DNA from: an uncultured virus (IMG/VR IMGVR_UViG_3300048606_000139)
Taxonomy: Duplodnaviria; Heunggongvirae; Uroviricota; Caudoviricetes
Length of the DNA stretch: 64,000 nucleotides
IMG/VR virus record: IMGVR_UViG_3300048606_000139
Strand: one strand, 5' to 3'
Shown here in pieces: positions 28,301-38,016 of this stretch (positions are counted from its first letter, which is position 1; each line of letters opens with the position of its first letter). The notes under the pieces are model-generated. The model made no database searches and was not told the DNA's origin. It was given only the letters and a program-made list of their open reading frames with translations. The translations under genes and the position numbers were made by a program.

Positions 28301-28385
28301 CGGTGACCGGCAACGAACCGCGCACGCCGTTCGAGTCGATGTATTCAACGTGCGGGTAGTAGTCTACGAATGCGTTGGCCGCCAT
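25320..28385 (-). CDS. Tail protein with two tandem GH26-like glycoside hydrolase domains
   Basis: IRLAPEF / VRLGWEFN, WPGPSYVDYVGVDIYD / YPGDAYVDLIGVD, KPLIVPSWG / KPLCVPEWG, GGD.P.FV. Confidence 0.8.
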   Translation of the reverse strand: MAANAFVDYYPHVEYIDSNGVRGSLPVTGATHKGAAFAINWLRGRGHSLVVAGPSSLLFADGDTLTYTFRFWIKPDDLHITRVLCMTVSAGGLDYSAATFSGTVELPAASGNLFPFACQGSPVPLLFAYDTPAATNTAQEFSFTISSATYAPTSGMFLQIHGVHVFECPLNLIDGNSLSAGIDVRSLDPRSPIYNGASLSQSVDAIANQLPSAKTQTHRRGALFNYCAPLTVIGHYDPGTPGNPGGPGNPGRPPLPFLEAVYTSGTPTNSTTDYPAYVTFLNNPLLWGSDYLPSDTWANMEGATALFNAWAAWGTAHPTLGYLLGVPMFPDDIGEMNLQTAASGAYLSHFTTLAQNLAAAGTKRVIIRLAPEFQELQNIGDLIGNEGFFRAYWVQIVNTMRANAGSMDIKFCWNPYLGGGVDLVACWPGPSYVDYVGVDIYDWFGAGYVANTTPSNTARETAWQSYLTGNGSPYGLNWFVQHALTMNKPLIVPSWGVQAVSPDAPAGGDNPLFVQHMFNWAAANNIYMMGLQDDGVKFQLWPEANNSYVTPLPLAKAMYLDLFSGPTAGTPGTLPFQAAAYTNPAPQGLTDWPLYCNYLSNPNMYGYAYCDTQQWSDVETPDWMLGPWGDWQTAHPTLPLLLGVPMLLQSGTSYATGATGAYNFHYATLADRIEANNLKHVIVRLGWEFNLQPVPSAADFRNYWAQIVNTMRGALPPGFDIKFMYNPLVERNIDLIACYPGDAYVDLIGVDRHDHYGSGYVANVQPSAAIQAQAWAGYLNGNGTPWGLNWFADFARLHSKPLCVPEWGCWAIGGGIPAGGDDPSFVQNMYDWMVANNVIFEGYFDSDQGQMWPGANGSFVTPIPLSKAKYLQLFSGGASSGSSAGTAPSTTVSTFSYGFSTTSSTFVNIFAVPPAMQTRSLTNGQTSAQVRGNVYGKVAGGLGGQVRCTMASGAVVTWNVSNSAGAWSGEQVFSVECDDPGGWSTNAGIRGGTRDEAVWQFKAPAGGTIWIQSINVNDFPV

Positions 28386-28389
28386 GACA

Positions 28390-29040
28390 TCACCATGGGT
28401 ACTCGCGGACCTGCACGCCCACGATCGAGCACACCCCGCTGGAAGACATGCCTATACCCCGAACCACGATTTGCAGGCGCGCCATCACGCTGAATCCAGG
28501 CAGCTTGCCAGTGGCAGGCGATAGCCTCGTGCCCATCGTGAAGCGCGATGTTGCCGTCGGCTGTCGCGCCGCGCTGTTGATGAGACCGTCAATCACCCAG
28601 GTGCCCGTCGTACTATTGGACGCGCCGATGAGCACACCCAGAACGTTGGCATCTTCCAATCCAGCGCCCAGTGCCGCGGCAACCGACGACATCGTAGCTG
28701 ACACGAACAGCACGCCTGATGTCGTCGCCGTCGCGACGCGCACGTCATACTGTGGGAACTGAGTACTGCTCAACATGGTGACCGGGAACTCGTGCACGAT
28801 GCCGATTGCCGCGGCGTAAGTCCCGGCGCCGCTCGGCGCAGCAATCCCGGCTGCCGGAAATGCGCCGGTGAACTGATTGAATGGTGGCGAGACCCAGTTG
28901 ACCCGGTAGCACGGTGACTCATCAACCAAGTGCTTGATGTTGTCGGTGATGTTCCAGAACTGCCCGGTATCGCACGGCCGATCGCCGCTGAGCGCGCCTT
29001 GCTGATAGTCCTCGTAGTACTGCTTGAACGACGCCGGCAT
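28390..29040 (-). CDS. Minor tail protein
   Basis: Position in tail-tip cluster. Confidence 0.65.
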   Translation of the reverse strand: MPASFKQYYEDYQQGALSGDRPCDTGQFWNITDNIKHLVDESPCYRVNWVSPPFNQFTGAFPAAGIAAPSGAGTYAAAIGIVHEFPVTMLSSTQFPQYDVRVATATTSGVLFVSATMSSVAAALGAGLEDANVLGVLIGASNSTTGTWVIDGLINSAARQPTATSRFTMGTRLSPATGKLPGFSVMARLQIVVRGIGMSSSGVCSIVGVQVREYPW

Positions 29041-29042
29041 GA

Positions 29043-31940
29043 CTACACGTACTTCCGCGCGTAGGTGTTATCCACAAGCGCGCGGTTTGCGTCCGCGACA
29101 ATGCAGTACGTATTCTGTCTGGTGGTGAGCAGATTGGCGTTCTGCAAAAACATGAGGTTCCACACCGACGACCCTGGTGTCCACGTGGTGGTGAACGTGA
29201 CGTCGATCAGCGTGGCGGTGATGTCCAGCACCGGGCCGTAGACCTGGGTGACTTGGCCCGCGACAACCGTTGGATTGATCTGCCCAGTGGGGATGACCTG
29301 TATCCAGTCACCCACCGCGAAGTGTTTGGCGATGTCGCCGTTGCCAGTCTCGGACCACCGGAGGTTGAACGCGTTGCTTGGCGAGAACGCGAGCGTCCAG
29401 CTGTTGCCGCCGATCGCCACTTGCCCAGTGACGCGACCGGTCGGCGTGTAGCCCGCGCCGATGATGCGCGGGAAGTACAGCGTAAGTTTCCCCATCTGCC
29501 CGAGCTTCGGGTCGAGGTTCCACTCGCGACCGATGATCGACGCTTTGCGCGAAACGACGCCGCGAGGGTTGGCGCCGCCTTGGCCGTGGGGGATCTGCTT
29601 GCACGTCACGTCGAGCACGTTGCCGACCAGTTGATCGAAGAACGTGAACGGCACCGAGAGCGTGACTACCGCGTACTCGGTCGATAGGATGCTGAGGTAC
29701 ACCTCGAGCCATTCAGTGACTTTTGTGTTGTTCGCGACTCCGCCAAGCGACAACCCCGGTCGGAGCACGAAGGTGGTCGCGTTGACGCTGGCGGAAACTG
29801 ACGCGCTTCCCGACTGCGTAGACTTCACCTCGATATCAACGGCACCCTTGCCGCTGCTCTTGTGGTCTGCAACCGACGAGATCACGCGCACGTTGAACGT
29901 GAGGTTCTCGTTGAAGTCGTCTTGTACCGGGTCGTAGCCGAGCTTGACGGTGGCCGCGTTGACGAGTCCATCAGGCTGTGACGCCCACTCGATCCACGAG
30001 CCCGCCATGCCGTTCGCAGGCGGTAGAATGCTTGCGTCGGTGAGCGTGCGATTGGCCGCGCGCGTTGCCGATAGCCGCGGCATCTTCGTGAAGCCGACAC
30101 GCCCGTCCGCCTCGAGCCGCGACATCCAGCCGATCATTTTCAGCTCTGGCGTGAGCACGTCCTTGATCGCCGTGGGCTTGAAATACGTGTAGTTGCGGTG
30201 GTACCAGTAGCTATCGATACCGCTGCCGGCGAACGCAGCCGCAAGCGTCGCGGTATTCACGTCGCCGTTGATCACGAAAGGCGTGTCACCGTCGTTGGCA
30301 TTTGGGCTTGCGGCTACCACGGCTGTCAGGAACCCACCGAGGTCCGTGTTCAGCGCCATCGTACGCAGCGGAATCAGTGTGGACTTATCGTCAAAGTAGA
30401 CCGCGTAGTCGCCGTTTTTAATCGCCGCAGTGACCCACCTTCCCGGCACGTCGATCGCAGAGATCTGGATTGGCGTCGACTTGTCGCCGTTGCTCACGTA
30501 GAGCACATCACCGACCGAAAGCCCGTCGACTGTGTTTAGGTAGAGCCGGTCCGGCGGATTGACGATCGACGATGTGCCGGCGAGGCGTGGGTCCGACTTG
30601 TACGGAAGCCCGGCGTTATTCCACGATGACGCGCCCGGCGGAACTCCGCCCAGCATCGCGCGGGCAGCGGGCAGTGGATACGTGTACGGCGGCAAGAAGT
30701 CTGAGGGAACGTTCTCGAGTGTGTACGCGCCGGAGCCATCGCCGAAATAGTCGATAACCATGCTGTTGAACACGTTGACGAAGTCGTAGAAGTAGTCCGC
30801 GCCAAGAGCCATGCGCCTGGCCTCTGGCGTTGCCCACGGCGCCAGCGTGATCATCACGCTCTGCGTGGATGCCCTCTCAATCATCGCGCCGTCGAGAACA
30901 CCTTGCGCCGGCAGCCAAACGGACCGGAAGTTGATGGTCAGATCTGCGCTCGGTCGATGGTTGAGCGTAATGGTGGGCGTGCCGCCCCGTTCCTCATAGA
31001 TAGCGGACACAAGCTCAGCGCTGCCGTTATGCGGCGGCGCGCTGGCGCGCAATGCAATCAAGCCACCCAGCCGGGCGTTGACACGAGTGATCCAGTCTTC
31101 TTGAGTCTCATCAAACCCGGAGATCCATATCGTGTCGAATGCCGTCGCCTGGTGCGAATCGTCGGAGTAATGCGCCCGGTACGCGATCGCCAGCGGACAG
31201 TTATCGCTGTGATAGATCCCACGAATCCGGTACTCGCGATTCTCCGCCGACGCGAGCCGCTGCTTGAATACCGACGTCACCGACTCGCAATTGATGGTCC
31301 ACGTGATCCCATCGCCGCTCATCTTCTGCGGGCTGGACACCACGCCAACCCAGATCTGCGTGCCATTCCCGGTCGGATCGTCACCCTCTCCGTACGCGTA
31401 GAGATACGCCCGGCGACCCTCCATCGTAGGAGGCCAATTGTAGACCGCCACGCCGAGCACAGCGGTATGCTTCTCGTTGACGGTGTCCCAGCGCGCGCGG
31501 TTCAGCGAGTTGGTCCCGAAGCCCGTCAGCGCCTCTGTGCCTATATGGTACGTGCCCGCGGCCAGAATGAAGCTCGTGTCGAGTACAACGAGTGCGGATG
31601 AGCCTGTGGCCGCAATGTCACCGGCGGTGAGTGTGGGCGACGCCGCGAGGTACCCCATCACCACCGGGTCGCGCGTGAAGCCGTTGACGGTCTCCTCGCC
31701 CGGCGTGGTCGGGATGATGGTAAACGTCATTCCTTGGACGTCGGTCCACGCGTCACGGATGCTGACTTTTTCGGTGATCTTGAGGCCGTCGAACTTCAGG
31801 CTCGGGTAGACCTTGCGACCATCCGCGCCGCTCGCATGTGTGACCTTGATCGACGTCGTCCACTCGTGCGGCCAGCCGGCGATCACGAGACGGTAGTTCA
31901 GGAAGCCGGAGCCGGTGCTTTTGACGTGCGCCCAGCTCAT
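29043..31940 (-). CDS. Large tail-tip/hub protein
   Basis: 965 aa, second gene after tape measure. Confidence 0.75.
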   Translation of the reverse strand: MSWAHVKSTGSGFLNYRLVIAGWPHEWTTSIKVTHASGADGRKVYPSLKFDGLKITEKVSIRDAWTDVQGMTFTIIPTTPGEETVNGFTRDPVVMGYLAASPTLTAGDIAATGSSALVVLDTSFILAAGTYHIGTEALTGFGTNSLNRARWDTVNEKHTAVLGVAVYNWPPTMEGRRAYLYAYGEGDDPTGNGTQIWVGVVSSPQKMSGDGITWTINCESVTSVFKQRLASAENREYRIRGIYHSDNCPLAIAYRAHYSDDSHQATAFDTIWISGFDETQEDWITRVNARLGGLIALRASAPPHNGSAELVSAIYEERGGTPTITLNHRPSADLTINFRSVWLPAQGVLDGAMIERASTQSVMITLAPWATPEARRMALGADYFYDFVNVFNSMVIDYFGDGSGAYTLENVPSDFLPPYTYPLPAARAMLGGVPPGASSWNNAGLPYKSDPRLAGTSSIVNPPDRLYLNTVDGLSVGDVLYVSNGDKSTPIQISAIDVPGRWVTAAIKNGDYAVYFDDKSTLIPLRTMALNTDLGGFLTAVVAASPNANDGDTPFVINGDVNTATLAAAFAGSGIDSYWYHRNYTYFKPTAIKDVLTPELKMIGWMSRLEADGRVGFTKMPRLSATRAANRTLTDASILPPANGMAGSWIEWASQPDGLVNAATVKLGYDPVQDDFNENLTFNVRVISSVADHKSSGKGAVDIEVKSTQSGSASVSASVNATTFVLRPGLSLGGVANNTKVTEWLEVYLSILSTEYAVVTLSVPFTFFDQLVGNVLDVTCKQIPHGQGGANPRGVVSRKASIIGREWNLDPKLGQMGKLTLYFPRIIGAGYTPTGRVTGQVAIGGNSWTLAFSPSNAFNLRWSETGNGDIAKHFAVGDWIQVIPTGQINPTVVAGQVTQVYGPVLDITATLIDVTFTTTWTPGSSVWNLMFLQNANLLTTRQNTYCIVADANRALVDNTYARKYV

Positions 31941-32830
31941 AGGGGCAGGATTCCCAAGACGAGCGCCTTATACGAAACGTGCAGCTGCGCGCCGTTGCCA
32001 GGGCTCGCGCGTTCGGGCTTCCACATGCTGCCTTCGGCACGCAGGGCAAACGCTTCGTTGTACGTGACGCCGCCAATCGTGGTGCCGAAGCCGCCGTCAA
32101 TCACGATGAACGGCAATCCCGTACGACAGTTCTCGAACAGCGCTTGGTGCGTGAACGGATGTGCCGCCAACGCGCGTGGCCGCTCGGCTTTTTCCGGCGG
32201 TTCGTACTGCTGGATCCAGTCACGATAGAGCGGAGCACTTGCGCGCGCGAGGCCGAAGAACTGCCCCGTGTTGGACGTTGCTTGTACCGCGATTCCTTCG
32301 GGCTCGTAGTTCGGCGATGGGTCGCACACGCCGAGCAGCACGGGTCGGATCACAAAGTACGGCGTGATCGTGCTCACGTAGCTTGCGGCGCCTGAGAGCG
32401 ACAGCGCGGTGAAGCCGAACAGGCGCGCGGTGTTTGCGTTCGAAAACGTGACGGTCATCGTTGCCGAATACGAGAGCGTGTAGACCAGCGTCGTGTTGCT
32501 GAACGTGATGTTCAGGTTCCCCTGCGTGCCCCAGCTTTTATTTGACGCATCCAACCGCAACGCTTGCTGAAAGATCAGGTTGAAAGGCGCGGCCCCGTAG
32601 CCGTTGCCCTGGCTGAATCCGGCCTCCTCCGCTTCGCCGATGACTCCGCCGACGCCCGTAGCCTGTGCGTGGTTGAACACGCTGGTCGTGCCCGTGAGCA
32701 GTGTCGTCGCGTCGGTCAGCGTCGACAGCGTGACCACCGCAGTCGTCTTGCCAGCGGTTGCGAATGACACCGTCCCGAAGCCGTTGCCGACGTCCGTAAC
32801 GTCGAAGCTTGCGATGTAGGCGAAGGTCAC
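31937..32830 (-). CDS. Distal tail protein candidate
   Basis: Immediately follows tape measure. Confidence 0.65.
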   Translation of the reverse strand: MTFAYIASFDVTDVGNGFGTVSFATAGKTTAVVTLSTLTDATTLLTGTTSVFNHAQATGVGGVIGEAEEAGFSQGNGYGAAPFNLIFQQALRLDASNKSWGTQGNLNITFSNTTLVYTLSYSATMTVTFSNANTARLFGFTALSLSGAASYVSTITPYFVIRPVLLGVCDPSPNYEPEGIAVQATSNTGQFFGLARASAPLYRDWIQQYEPPEKAERPRALAAHPFTHQALFENCRTGLPFIVIDGGFGTTIGGVTYNEAFALRAEGSMWKPERASPGNGAQLHVSYKALVLGILPL

Positions 32831-32833
32831 GTG

Positions 32834-34549
32834 CTACACCTGCGGGCCGTAGGTATTGTTGGCCGCTATCAGGTGCTGGCGGATCTGCTGGCCCGTTTCG
32901 GCGGACGGGGAGAACGGCGAATTGAACTCGACGTAGGTGTTGTTGACGACGGTGCCGCTGCCTTGGGAGTTGTCGCGCAGGGGCGATGCGCCGATGCCGC
33001 TGACGCCTCCGCCCGTGGGCGTGCCGCCGGCAGCCTTTGTGAGCGCGGTCGGGCCCGCGGCTGCGGAAAGCGCGATGCCCGCCGCGAGCTCGGCGCCACC
33101 GGTCGCGATCATGGCGTACGCCGTGGGGTCGGAGCCGTAGGAGAACGCGGCTCGCAGCGTGCCGGAGAACACGCCCATGGTGCCCTCGGCGATCATCTGG
33201 TTGCCGATCGAAGCGAGTAGTCCGGTTAGCTCGAGCTTCTGGCCGGCGAGCGCCATCTGAAGCGTCTTGGCAGCCATGGCCGCGCCGGCTTGGGCGAACT
33301 TGTCGCGCATTGCACCGATGACCTGCTGCTTCGCGATTTCTGCCCTGAGATCCTTCTGCCGTAGGTCAGAACGCAGCTTGTCCTCTTCAGCGTCTAGAGC
33401 GTTGTGCCGCGTCGTGCTCGCCAACGCCGCCCTGTCGTCCGCGTCCCTAATCTCCTGCTCGAGCTTCGACTGCTCGATCATCGCGGCTTTGCGCGCATCC
33501 CAGTCGCTCTTCCATGCCGGTTCGGTTCCTTGCCCAGCCTGCGACATCATGAACTCGGATGACGAAAACGAATCGGACTTGGGCTGCGGCTTTTCCGCCG
33601 CCATCTTCGTCGACTTGGCGTCGGGCTTCGGGGCCGACTCGGCCGCCCCGGATTCTTCGTCATGACGGTAAAGACTGGCGAGCGCCTTGGCGTCTTCGAG
33701 TGCGGCGATCTTCGCCTTGATGAAATCGGAGTGCGACTTTGTGCCTGCATCCACGAACGCGCGCAGCTGATCAAAGTCCGGGGTGGCAGCGGACTCTGTT
33801 AGCGCACTTTTCAGCTGCGTCTTGAGCGCGTCGATCTCTTCGTCGTAGTCTCCGACCGGACGCTTGCCCTCTAGAAGGCTCTTCTGATCCTCGGCGTCTG
33901 CCGCGCGTTGCTGGTGCTCACCTTTGATCTTCCCACGCGCCTCGATGATTTTGTCTAAATAGTTGCCGAGCGCGTCTGCGTTTGCGGTGGTCTGCTTCGC
34001 AAGCTCGTCCGCGTCCTTTGCAGCGCTGCTCATCACGGCGCCGAGCGACGACACAACAGCAACTAGCCCGCCGACCACCAACGCGCCGGGTCCGCCGCCG
34101 ATCAAACCGAGGAGCGGATTCATTGTGCGCAAGAGCGTTCCGAAAACTGTATTCATCGCACCGGCCGCAGGTGTCAGCTCCGCGAACGCATTCGCCAGCT
34201 GGCCAACCGTGCCGGCAGCACCGCCGATCTGCGAACGAAGGCTCAACGCGTTGGTATTGGCAGCCTTGGTCGCGTCTGAAAACTTGACTGCTTTCGCTGT
34301 CGCGTCCGACATAGCAGCGCCAACAGTGTTCACGGCGGCGGCTTGAGACTGGGCTGCCATAGCGCCCGCGAGCGTTCCGCTGGTGCCTTTCTGCTGCGCC
34401 GCCGTCAACCCATCCTGAGCTTTGGTTGCCTTGTCTTGCGCCGCCGCCGTTTTCTCCTGCGCCGCCGCTATCTTCTCGAAGCCGGCGGCAAGCGTCTCGG
34501 CCTGGCCGCTTTTCGCGCCGATCTCATACTCGATCTTCTCAGCGCCCAC
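32834..34549 (-). CDS. Tape measure protein
   Basis: Ala-rich helical sequence with hydrophobic stretches, C-terminal TVVNNTYV; follows chaperone genes. Confidence 0.75.
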   Translation of the reverse strand: MGAEKIEYEIGAKSGQAETLAAGFEKIAAAQEKTAAAQDKATKAQDGLTAAQQKGTSGTLAGAMAAQSQAAAVNTVGAAMSDATAKAVKFSDATKAANTNALSLRSQIGGAAGTVGQLANAFAELTPAAGAMNTVFGTLLRTMNPLLGLIGGGPGALVVGGLVAVVSSLGAVMSSAAKDADELAKQTTANADALGNYLDKIIEARGKIKGEHQQRAADAEDQKSLLEGKRPVGDYDEEIDALKTQLKSALTESAATPDFDQLRAFVDAGTKSHSDFIKAKIAALEDAKALASLYRHDEESGAAESAPKPDAKSTKMAAEKPQPKSDSFSSSEFMMSQAGQGTEPAWKSDWDARKAAMIEQSKLEQEIRDADDRAALASTTRHNALDAEEDKLRSDLRQKDLRAEIAKQQVIGAMRDKFAQAGAAMAAKTLQMALAGQKLELTGLLASIGNQMIAEGTMGVFSGTLRAAFSYGSDPTAYAMIATGGAELAAGIALSAAAGPTALTKAAGGTPTGGGVSGIGASPLRDNSQGSGTVVNNTYVEFNSPFSPSAETGQQIRQHLIAANNTYGPQV

Positions 34550-35096
34550 GGTTTGCCTGCCTTTCCGCGGCTGCGGTCTCGGCGTCGCGCTTACGCGTCT
34601 CGCGATCTAAGTCGAGCTGCTTGCCCTGCATCCGGTTCGATGCACCCTGATAGAACGCGATGCCCTGCACGAGCTTGTAACTGGGGAATGGGCACGCGAA
34701 CGCCAGCTGGCCCGACTCGAAGAACGACATCGCCGTTCTGACGCGACGCACGAACGGACTGTGAAACGCGCGCCATGGGCACGTGCCGACGTTGTAGCCG
34801 GTCATCGCTTCCATGGTCTTTCGGATCGGCTCGGTCATCTGCGGGTTTTCTCGTCCGGCTCCGGTTACTCCCGAGCACTCACACGCGTACGACATGCGTA
34901 ACCGCCGCCGCTTGTCCCGCATCGGCTGGCGATCTAGGCGGGCGTCGGCAACGCCTCCACAGTTGCGGGCAACAGCGTCTCGCTGCTCGGGACTGGTGCA
35001 GTGCTCGGGCTCGGATCCACAGGGCGGCAGGTTCGATGTCCCAATAGATCGCGAACAAAAGACGGCAGCGGACAAGAGAGCGCATTCTTCCGGTGC
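34539..35096 (-). CDS. Tail assembly chaperone gpT-like portion (reached by -1 frameshift)
   Basis: -1 frame open from slippery T TTT TTG (35102-35096) to stop at 34539. Confidence 0.65.
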   Translation of the reverse strand, partial: APEECALLSAAVFCSRSIGTSNLPPCGSEPEHCTSPEQRDAVARNCGGVADARLDRQPMRDKRRRLRMSYACECSGVTGAGRENPQMTEPIRKTMEAMTGYNVGTCPWRAFHSPFVRRVRTAMSFFESGQLAFACPFPSYKLVQGIAFYQGASNRMQGKQLDLDRETRKRDAETAAAERQANRGR

Positions 35097-35521
35097 AAAA
35101 AAGAGTGCGCGAGGGCCACCGCTCCAATCTCCGCGCGCTCATGCCCGGAAAAGCGGCGGGATTCTTCCTCGGTCATCGTCGAGTTTTTGTCGCGTTTGCC
35201 GACCGGCTTCCAGTCGTAGCAAACACCGTCATCGCCGACTACGTTTTCAGCCGCGACCACGCCACACTCGAACGCGCGCCGACACTTCTCGGGATACGAT
35301 TCCTCGTCACCGCCGGCGACCGCGAGCACGTAGCGTTCCATGTACTCGTGCGGAATCTCGCGAACGTGGAAGATGGTCGGTTTATCACTGGGGTTCCACT
35401 TGCCATCGACTAGTGCAAAGTCTCGCTTCTTGACGAACTCCAGCATGTCCTTTGCGTAGATCGCGGACGTGTCTAGCTTGTCGTCGATGACGCTTACGGT
35501 TTTGAAAGTCTCTGGTCTCAT
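34934..35521 (-). CDS. Tail assembly chaperone gpG-like
   Basis: Between tail tube and tape measure; contains slippery heptamer. Confidence 0.7.
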   Translation of the reverse strand: MRPETFKTVSVIDDKLDTSAIYAKDMLEFVKKRDFALVDGKWNPSDKPTIFHVREIPHEYMERYVLAVAGGDEESYPEKCRRAFECGVVAAENVVGDDGVCYDWKPVGKRDKNSTMTEEESRRFSGHERAEIGAVALAHSFLHRKNALSCPLPSFVRDLLGHRTCRPVDPSPSTAPVPSSETLLPATVEALPTPA

Positions 35522-35530
35522 GATCTGGTC

Positions 35531-36805
35531 TCAGAATTTGTGTATCCGGAAAACGCTGACCGCGAGGTTTGAAGTCCCGCCAGTCTGGTTGTCGAGCATC
35601 CCGAAGAACGACACGCGCTGACTCGACAGCTCGTCCACTTCCTCAAGCTGGAAGTCATCCAACTCGATGCGCGGAACACTGATCATCACAGCGCCGCCGG
35701 TCACGCTCGATCCGATCTGATAGAACAGCGAGAACTGGCTCTCTGCGTTGCGCCGGGTGCGCCACGACGTGTCCTCGTACGGCAACGCAAAGTTGCCGGT
35801 CATCACCGGCGCCTCGCGCAAACGCACCCATTGCTTGACCGTGTTCTGTCCGGCAGGCGTGGTGTGCGGGCCGTACTTGATGTGCGGCTCTAGATTGATC
35901 TGCTGCGCGTCGACCAGCGTTCCTGCCAGCGTGCTGACACCCAGTGCCGCAACGCGCAGCTCCGAGTCCATCACCGCGTTGATGCCGGTATCCGCAAACA
36001 CCTGATCGGTGATCGGCGTGCCCGCGAGGTTCATCAGCGATGTGAGAAACGGAACGTTCGTTCCGTCCGCCAGCAGGTGCTCGGTGCCCTTCCACTGCCA
36101 GTCGACCTTGGGGATCGTGCCGGGCGCGAGATTCAGCTTCATCGGCGCGGCAAGCTGGTTGCCCTTGATAAGCCACTTGTCAGCAGTGCCTGCGCCTTCG
36201 ACCGCCCACTGCAGCGACTTGACCGTTGCGCCGCTGGTCGCGTCCAAGTAGTACGTAGCGGCTGCGTAGACGATCGATCCGTTCGCGGGGATCGCGCTAA
36301 GCGCCAGCTTGAGCGTCACCGCGTTGGACACCACCGTCTTGATCTCGCGACACTCGAGCGCGCCACCCGCGCCAGTCGCACAAGCAATCGCGCCACCGGC
36401 GGTCAGGCCGGCAGCGTTCGTCACGTTGAGCACGGTCACGGTCGACGTGCTGGCGATGGTCGTGCCGGTGCCCAGGAACTCACCGCCCATGCCAACGCCC
36501 CAGAGGTTCGCGTCAGGCACGTTGCTGATCAGCGTGGCGTTGCCAGCTCGAGCGGGGCACGCGCGCAAGTTGGTCGAGAAGCTCAACTCCGCCGACCGCG
36601 GCAGGAACACCTCGGAACTCGCGCCGTCCGGATGCTGTTGCAAGAGGATCGGCGATTCCTTCGGCGAGTTCAGAACGACCTTGTAACTGTCCTCACGCGC
36701 CTGACAGTCGACGAATCCGCCGATCGCAAGCTCGACGCCGTGTGCGCCGTTGGGCTCCACGGCAGACCGCATGCGACGAACTTTGTAGACTACTTGGTTG
36801 CCCAA
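35531..36805 (-). CDS. Major tail tube protein
   Basis: Position and 424 aa size; N-terminal R.....E...G pattern; GAGG/GAGAAG RBS, TTG start. Confidence 0.7.
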   Translation of the reverse strand: MGNQVVYKVRRMRSAVEPNGAHGVELAIGGFVDCQAREDSYKVVLNSPKESPILLQQHPDGASSEVFLPRSAELSFSTNLRACPARAGNATLISNVPDANLWGVGMGGEFLGTGTTIASTSTVTVLNVTNAAGLTAGGAIACATGAGGALECREIKTVVSNAVTLKLALSAIPANGSIVYAAATYYLDATSGATVKSLQWAVEGAGTADKWLIKGNQLAAPMKLNLAPGTIPKVDWQWKGTEHLLADGTNVPFLTSLMNLAGTPITDQVFADTGINAVMDSELRVAALGVSTLAGTLVDAQQINLEPHIKYGPHTTPAGQNTVKQWVRLREAPVMTGNFALPYEDTSWRTRRNAESQFSLFYQIGSSVTGGAVMISVPRIELDDFQLEEVDELSSQRVSFFGMLDNQTGGTSNLAVSVFRIHKF

Positions 36806-36814
36806 CTTCTCACC

Positions 36815-37366
36815 TCAGCTCGTCACTTGATCGATTTGGAGAATCGCAGCGCCAGAAATGCGGCTGCGGTGGATCTGTTGTGTCCAGTCTTCCGACACGG
36901 ACTCCCACTCGGGGTGTCCCGTGCCGTCCGGACCAAGCAGCAAACCGCTGATGATTCCGGTCGGCGTGCCGTTCGCGTCGGTGTCCAGGTTGTGCGGACA
37001 CGACAACGCGGTCAGCGCAGCGCAGCCGTTGCCGTAGATGCGGCCACGCTCCGCGAGTCGCTCGTCTTCCTGCGACGTGCTGGGCAGCGCGGTCGTGATG
37101 TCGATCGTGATCGGGATGTACGAGTTGCGGCGCGCGCCCGTGGTCGAGATGAACGTCGAGCCGTGTGTGCGCAACGAGCCGAACTTGATATCGAAGCGGT
37201 GCGAGTAACGAACGTCGCCCGCCTGCGCTTTGGTCGCGATCTCCGGCTGGCCTTCGAACGTTCCGTATTTGAACGTGCCGGGCGGTACGCGCCGAATGAT
37301 GCCGGTGACACCCTCGAGCAGCGAGCTGATCGACGCCATGATCACCTGCGGACGGAACGCGCTCAT
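36815..37366 (-). CDS. Tail terminator / head-tail joining candidate
   Basis: Position before tail tube; ATG 37366. Confidence 0.6.
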   Translation of the reverse strand: MSAFRPQVIMASISSLLEGVTGIIRRVPPGTFKYGTFEGQPEIATKAQAGDVRYSHRFDIKFGSLRTHGSTFISTTGARRNSYIPITIDITTALPSTSQEDERLAERGRIYGNGCAALTALSCPHNLDTDANGTPTGIISGLLLGPDGTGHPEWESVSEDWTQQIHRSRISGAAILQIDQVTS

Positions 37367-37455
37367 GGATTCACCACCAGCACGAGGCCGAGACACACTG
37401 CGGCGAAGATGCAGCGCAGAGCAATCGTGACCGACTCCAGATCGGGAATGGTCAC
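37363..37455 (-). CDS. 30 aa single-TM microprotein (not in ORF track)
   Basis: MTIPDLESVTIALRCIFAAVCLGLVLVVNP; GTGA overlap upstream and ATGA overlap downstream. Confidence 0.55.
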   Translation of the reverse strand: MTIPDLESVTIALRCIFAAVCLGLVLVVNP

Positions 37456-38015
37456 GATGCGACCTTCCCCGTCTCAACGTAGGACGTGATCGCGTCGTGC
37501 AAGATCTTGGCAACGCGCGGCTTGAGCTTCGGCTTGCCGTCGCGCCCGACGTCGAACACGGTCGGGTTGCGCTTCGGCGGGTGCTTGTTGTCTTCGCTGC
37601 CCGTCATGTGCGGGAGCAGGCGGCCGACGGCGGACCAGGCCAACTTGTTCTTGCCGGTCGTGGTCGCGCGCTGCGAGTTGCGCTGCACCGCGGTGATCTG
37701 CAGGATCTTCATCCCGCCCGGAGCGAGCAGCGCTTCGCGCTTCTTGGTCGCGCCCTTGGTCAGCACGCCCGCGCGCGTCCTTTTGTTGGCGCCCTTGTTG
37801 CCCCGCAGACGCGAAGCGATGGTCGACGGCTGTAGCGCCTTGAACGCCTCCCCATCCAACTCACGCGAGTTCTGAAAACCATCGTCCGTGAGCTTGCGGA
37901 TCGTCTCGCCCACCACCCTGAGCGCGGGCGTGTGGTCGCGTAACCGCTTCGCTCGGTCGCGCATGCGCTGCGCGGCCTCGCGTGCACCGCCGCTGCCGTC
38001 TGCGCCGGGGGCCAC
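37452..38015 (-). CDS. Virion morphogenesis / tail completion protein (Mu gpG / P2 gpS-like)
   Basis: L..IGE.I...T...F......DG..F.AL.PSTI..R, KILQ.T...RNS pattern. Confidence 0.7.
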   Translation of the reverse strand: MAPGADGSGGAREAAQRMRDRAKRLRDHTPALRVVGETIRKLTDDGFQNSRELDGEAFKALQPSTIASRLRGNKGANKRTRAGVLTKGATKKREALLAPGGMKILQITAVQRNSQRATTTGKNKLAWSAVGRLLPHMTGSEDNKHPPKRNPTVFDVGRDGKPKLKPRVAKILHDAITSYVETGKVAS

Positions 38016-38016
38016 G

